A stretch of DNA of 64,000 nt, taken from contig OZ287699.1 of NCBI GenBank assembly GCA_965649825.1, forward strand, positions 124,001-188,000, read 5' to 3'. This stretch comes from Penicillus capitatus (taxonomy: Eukaryota > Plantae > Chlorophyta). A program made the translations under genes and the position numbers. This document shows positions 60,385 through 64,000 of the stretch, piece after piece; position 1 is the stretch's first letter, and each line of letters opens with the position of its first letter. The notes beneath the pieces were generated by a model, which saw only the letters and a program-made list of their open reading frames with translations, ran no database searches and was not told the origin of the DNA.

Positions 60385-61700
60385 TCATTCTGGCAATCTC
60401 TCATTCTCTGGATAAAGGCCATAAGGAGTAAGTAGATTATCTAACGATTCAGACAGCCCATTCGACTGCCAGCAAGGAGAATGGTTTCGATTGGAGCAGA
60501 CGGGATGTGCATGTCGCCCGTTGATCGACTTGATCGCAGACAAACGAACGGCGCACCACGCCAGAGGAGCTTCTGGTTCGTTCATCGCTTGCCGCGAACG
60601 GAGACTGTGATAACCCTTTGGCAGAAGACAAGCACGCGCACACGGGGTCGCCTTCCATGCGCGACGACTACTGCCGTCACATCGTCGCGTTCTGCCCGTC
60701 GTGACGATTATGTAAGACCTTTGTGCGACGCGACTGGTAACCCCGTATGCGAAGTTGAACATTTGCCGAACGCGCCTTTGTCCCCCATTTCTCAGTGTCT
60801 GTCCGTCGAGTATGAAAAGTATGGACAGAAACTGCATTAGCGAATGTGTGAGAGTCTGTCGGGTATCTTGTCAACGCCTGACTTCGATACAACGACTCTT
60901 CTTCGACGTCGAACCCTAACGACAGGCGACGTTTATATCAGTTGGTAGATAAAGCTCATTCGTTCTGGGTGACGGCCACGCACTCCATTCGACAAGGAAG
61001 CGATCATCGAGAACGGGAGGCCACAGTAGCGATGGCGTCGCGAGGCGACAGTCTATAATCTTGTTGTTGTTCCGATCTGTCGCCTCCTCGAAAGGCTAGA
61101 TGAGCGCACGACAGCATTTTAGACTGTTTCGTTAACACAACGACATGGAAATAAAGAAAGAAACTACCAACCGAGCACCTGAGTCTCGAAAAGACGCGAT
61201 CTTTCGTCTTTGCGATCTCCTACCACGTTTCGTACGCATGGACCGTACAGCGCCATGCCTGCATCGACCTTGAAGTACGCTCTTGGATGGATTTGCGTCG
61301 TTCATCAGCTGGAGTTTGAAGCAGATGTTCACACTGTCCTCGTTGTTCGATTTCAACCGCATGCCAATGTGTCCATCGGCGTTCTCCACGATTAGCTCCC
61401 TATCAGGCAACTTGAGGGTTGTCGGCGAATGCGCGACGAAGAGGCTTTACCATCGACTGCCGGCAATGGTGAACGGATCTGTTACGAATTCCTCGGCGCC
61501 AGAGTCCAAGAAATACCTGTGGACCAGACACTTCCGTCGCGGAAGTCAGAATGAGCTGCTCCGCATGGGTCCGTGCGCTCACTTCGTACCGACCGGATAG
61601 GCGGCAGGTTTGGAGGGTGTACGAGTAGCTGACACCGTTGCTCGATCCGCTTCCGGCTACGAAGCACTCAAGTCAGTGAAACGCTTGTCGAAATGCATTG
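60385..61700 (-). pseudogene. Degenerate MATH(-RING) paralogue
   Basis: CLVHRYFLDSGAEEFVTDPFTIAGSRW and IGMRLKSNNEDSVNICFKLQLMN match the first MATH domain of the other copies; downstream frames are hard to join; CAVRLSAIKSINGRHAHPVCSNR..PCW looks like a RING with lost cysteines. Confidence 0.55.
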
Positions 61701-61967
61701 CTGCCGACACGTAGCCTGCTTCCAGACCGCTTTGTGGCGCCGGGGCAGTCAACCTCGAAGTGCGGCAAACATATCGCCGGAACAAACGAAAGCAGAACAG
61801 CCGAGTTCTTCGTGTAACCAAGCCGTAAGATAGAGCTCTACGATTAGGAAGAAGTGCGGAGCCTTTCCAGTGATGGGGGTACTGACGACACGGACTTCTT
61901 CCGGTATATAAGACAGCAGGGACGTCGCATCAGAAAAGGCGCTCACTCGCGGATAATGGCGCGTTTC

Positions 61968-62125
61968 TCATGCAGCAACGGCGCTTGTTCGTCCAAACGC
62001 CACGACGTCTCTGTCAACCGACTTGCCACAGAGGAATGTTGACCTGGCACGGAATTGTGTCAGTCGGTCGTTTGACCTTTCACTTTTAACCGAATCGGAA
62101 TGGCTCTTGTGGCCTGAAGCCGCTA
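61968..62125. repeat. Diverged duplicate of 55604-55760
   Basis: As above; both copies lie 5' of a minus-strand MATH gene. Confidence 0.85.
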
Positions 62126-62879
62126 AAAATGTTCGATCGATCAGGCTCGATGTCTGTTTACATGATCGTCTTGATACGACCGAATTACGGCGCCGCCGTC
62201 ACGCGAAAAAGACGACCCGGCGCACGATCTTAGGTCACCACAAAGAGAAGTCGATATTCAAAAATCCAAGAAGCTGCCTGACCGTGCTTCTGTATGAAAC
62301 GCAGTTCTGAACATGCGAGAAGAGCAACCTCTCCTTCATTACGTATATCATCTATGCTACCAAGACACCCAGGTGGACTCAACAGCACACTGTTGGCAAC
62401 AAAGCGGATATTTAAGCTCCAAGTCAACGCAGTGAAACTGCTGCTACCGTGCACGTCGCAAACAGTCCTGCCTTGGAGCCGTCACATCATTGAGAAGTCA
62501 AGAACAAGTGCTTAAGCATGAACGGGTTCATTGAGAAAGACTCAACGACGATGAGATTGTACAGAACGCAATGCATCAGAAATCCATTCGAACAACGCAC
62601 ATCGAAATGCGTATTCAGTTCTCTCAGACGAAGAGGCAAGACAAATATCCACGATGCCTTCAATCACCGTATCATCACCTAGTCTCACTCTAAGCAACGA
62701 CTCGTGAACGGGACAACGATGTTGGCGTCGTTGCTTGTCGTAAACGCAGAGTGGCGTATCGAATGATACTGCCGAATCTGTTAATTGTGGCATCAGAAAA
62801 CCATCTCCCTGCGCCAACAAGAGCAGCAGATTTGCATTCGAGCCAGCGTGTTCGCGTACATCCACCGGCCATCCGTCGA

Positions 62880-64000
62880 ATGTGCGGTGCGAAAAGGCTG
62901 AAGCCATTCATTTTGAAGCTCTGGTTATGCTTGCTAACCTTGACGCCAAGTTCTTTTTCTGACAGTACGCGTACCGACGAGATCAGCATCGCATCCGAAG
63001 AACAGAACTGGCCTTCTCCGGGTCACGACAACCGAGATGCGCCACTTTGGCTTAGCTCCAACCAAAGTGCCGCAGTGTTACCGCTGCATGATAGAGGGAC
63101 CGCATGGACGAACCGTCCTTGCTGTGAAGGAGCGGAAGAGGAGCAGTTCAGCAGATTTCCTTACTTATGCAGCCTGCGGCTGTCCGGAAGTCGAAAACAC
63201 GTCTGCACCGCCACACTCATTGACCAGAGATGGATCTTGGCAGCCGCTCACTGCATCGATCCGAATCTTCGTCAATCGGCTGGGTGTTATCCTCTCGTCT
63301 ACTGCGGCGATTCCAGAGTCAACACACCAAGCGCAGAAAAGGTGATGCGTATGGCTCTGGCCAGGAATGAAAGGAAGATCACCTCTTGCCTGCCCTCTCT
63401 GTAGATCTTCCATGTCGTCGAAGCTTATGTACACGAAGATTGGATCGGGGACGTCTTCTACGGTTCCGACGTTGCTATGCTGAAGCTGGACAGAAATGCT
63501 GAACTTCCTATTCCGCGTTTGTTCCGCGAGGGGATGGTTTTGAAGGAAGACATGGAGCTGCTTTCGTCCTCATGGCGCATGGTGAAGCATTCCATCCACG
63601 TCAAAGAAGAAAGGCAAGGTGGCGGCGATGGCGGCGGCCCAGCCGCATTACTCAATCGCCATATGTGCACGAAACAACCCGATATCATATCGAAGAAGAG
63701 TTGGTTATGCATCGGCGCGCGGACAGAGAATTCGCCAGACGGTGAATCAGAATACGGGCCTCTGGCTTTGCGTTCGAAGTTTGTGTCTTCTATAGGCGAA
63801 TCGGCACATCCCCTTCTGTTGGTTGACCGGCCAAAAGGGCATCTGGAGAGGGGGCAGCCAGAGGAGGATCTGTTGGTCGGTCTCATGTCTTTTCACGCAT
63901 CGCATGCAGTATGTCCATCGTGTTCTGTCTACACCAGCGTTGCGTATTTCAGAGAATGGGTGCTGGAAACGATGAAGGGCAGTTTCTTGCCGAGCCGCTG
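62880..64000 (+). CDS. Trypsin-like serine protease, paralogue of the 58.2-59.5 kb domain; runs off the right edge
   Basis: Signal-like KLWLCLLTLTPSSFS, RFPYLCSLR..HVCTATLIDQRWILAAAHC, GSDVAMLKL, spliced GESAHP, YTSVAYFREWV; same intron position after the YC-x10 segment as the paralogue. Confidence 0.88.

Noticed and set aside
1-64000. Non-standard code (TAA/TAG = Gln) as in some ulvophytes
   Set aside because: Long ORFs contain no internal TAA/TAG, and the NLR, CLPB3 and MATH-RING genes end on TAA/TAG at sensible C-termini.

Overview
Gene-dense eukaryotic nuclear DNA with short (about 45-60 nt) spliceosomal introns, TGTAA-type poly(A) signals and both plastid- and mitochondrion-targeted genes. 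This points to a compact-genome green alga; a siphonous ulvophyte is a guess only. Housekeeping genes are an AAE17/18-like acyl-activating enzyme, RAE1, OAT, a 2Fe-2S ferredoxin-like protein and CLPB3. They are interleaved with an accessory set: five MATH/TRAF genes, several carrying an Mdm2-type RING; a nearly intronless NB-ARC-TPR (NLR-like) gene; a large Pmp-repeat multi-pass membrane protein; a Swiss-Army-Knife-type RNA-repair protein; and two trypsin-like paralogues, one apparently fused to ankyrins. Mobile DNA comprises an intact Ty3/Gypsy element (identical 339-bp LTRs, 5-bp TSD) and an 849-bp TRIM-like element. Best leads: (1) the NLR N-terminus resembles the leader domain of Amoebophilus-type endosymbiont effectors (possible HGT, recalled from memory rather than searched); (2) a USP7/UBP12-like protein lacks the protease domain and ends in an Mdm2-type RING; (3) a repeated TATA-box module was hit just downstream of the TATA by two unrelated LTR elements; (4) OAT, ferredoxin and CLPB3 are separated by only 9 and 40 nt, suggesting polycistronic expression. 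Exon boundaries were read by eye and no database searches were run.
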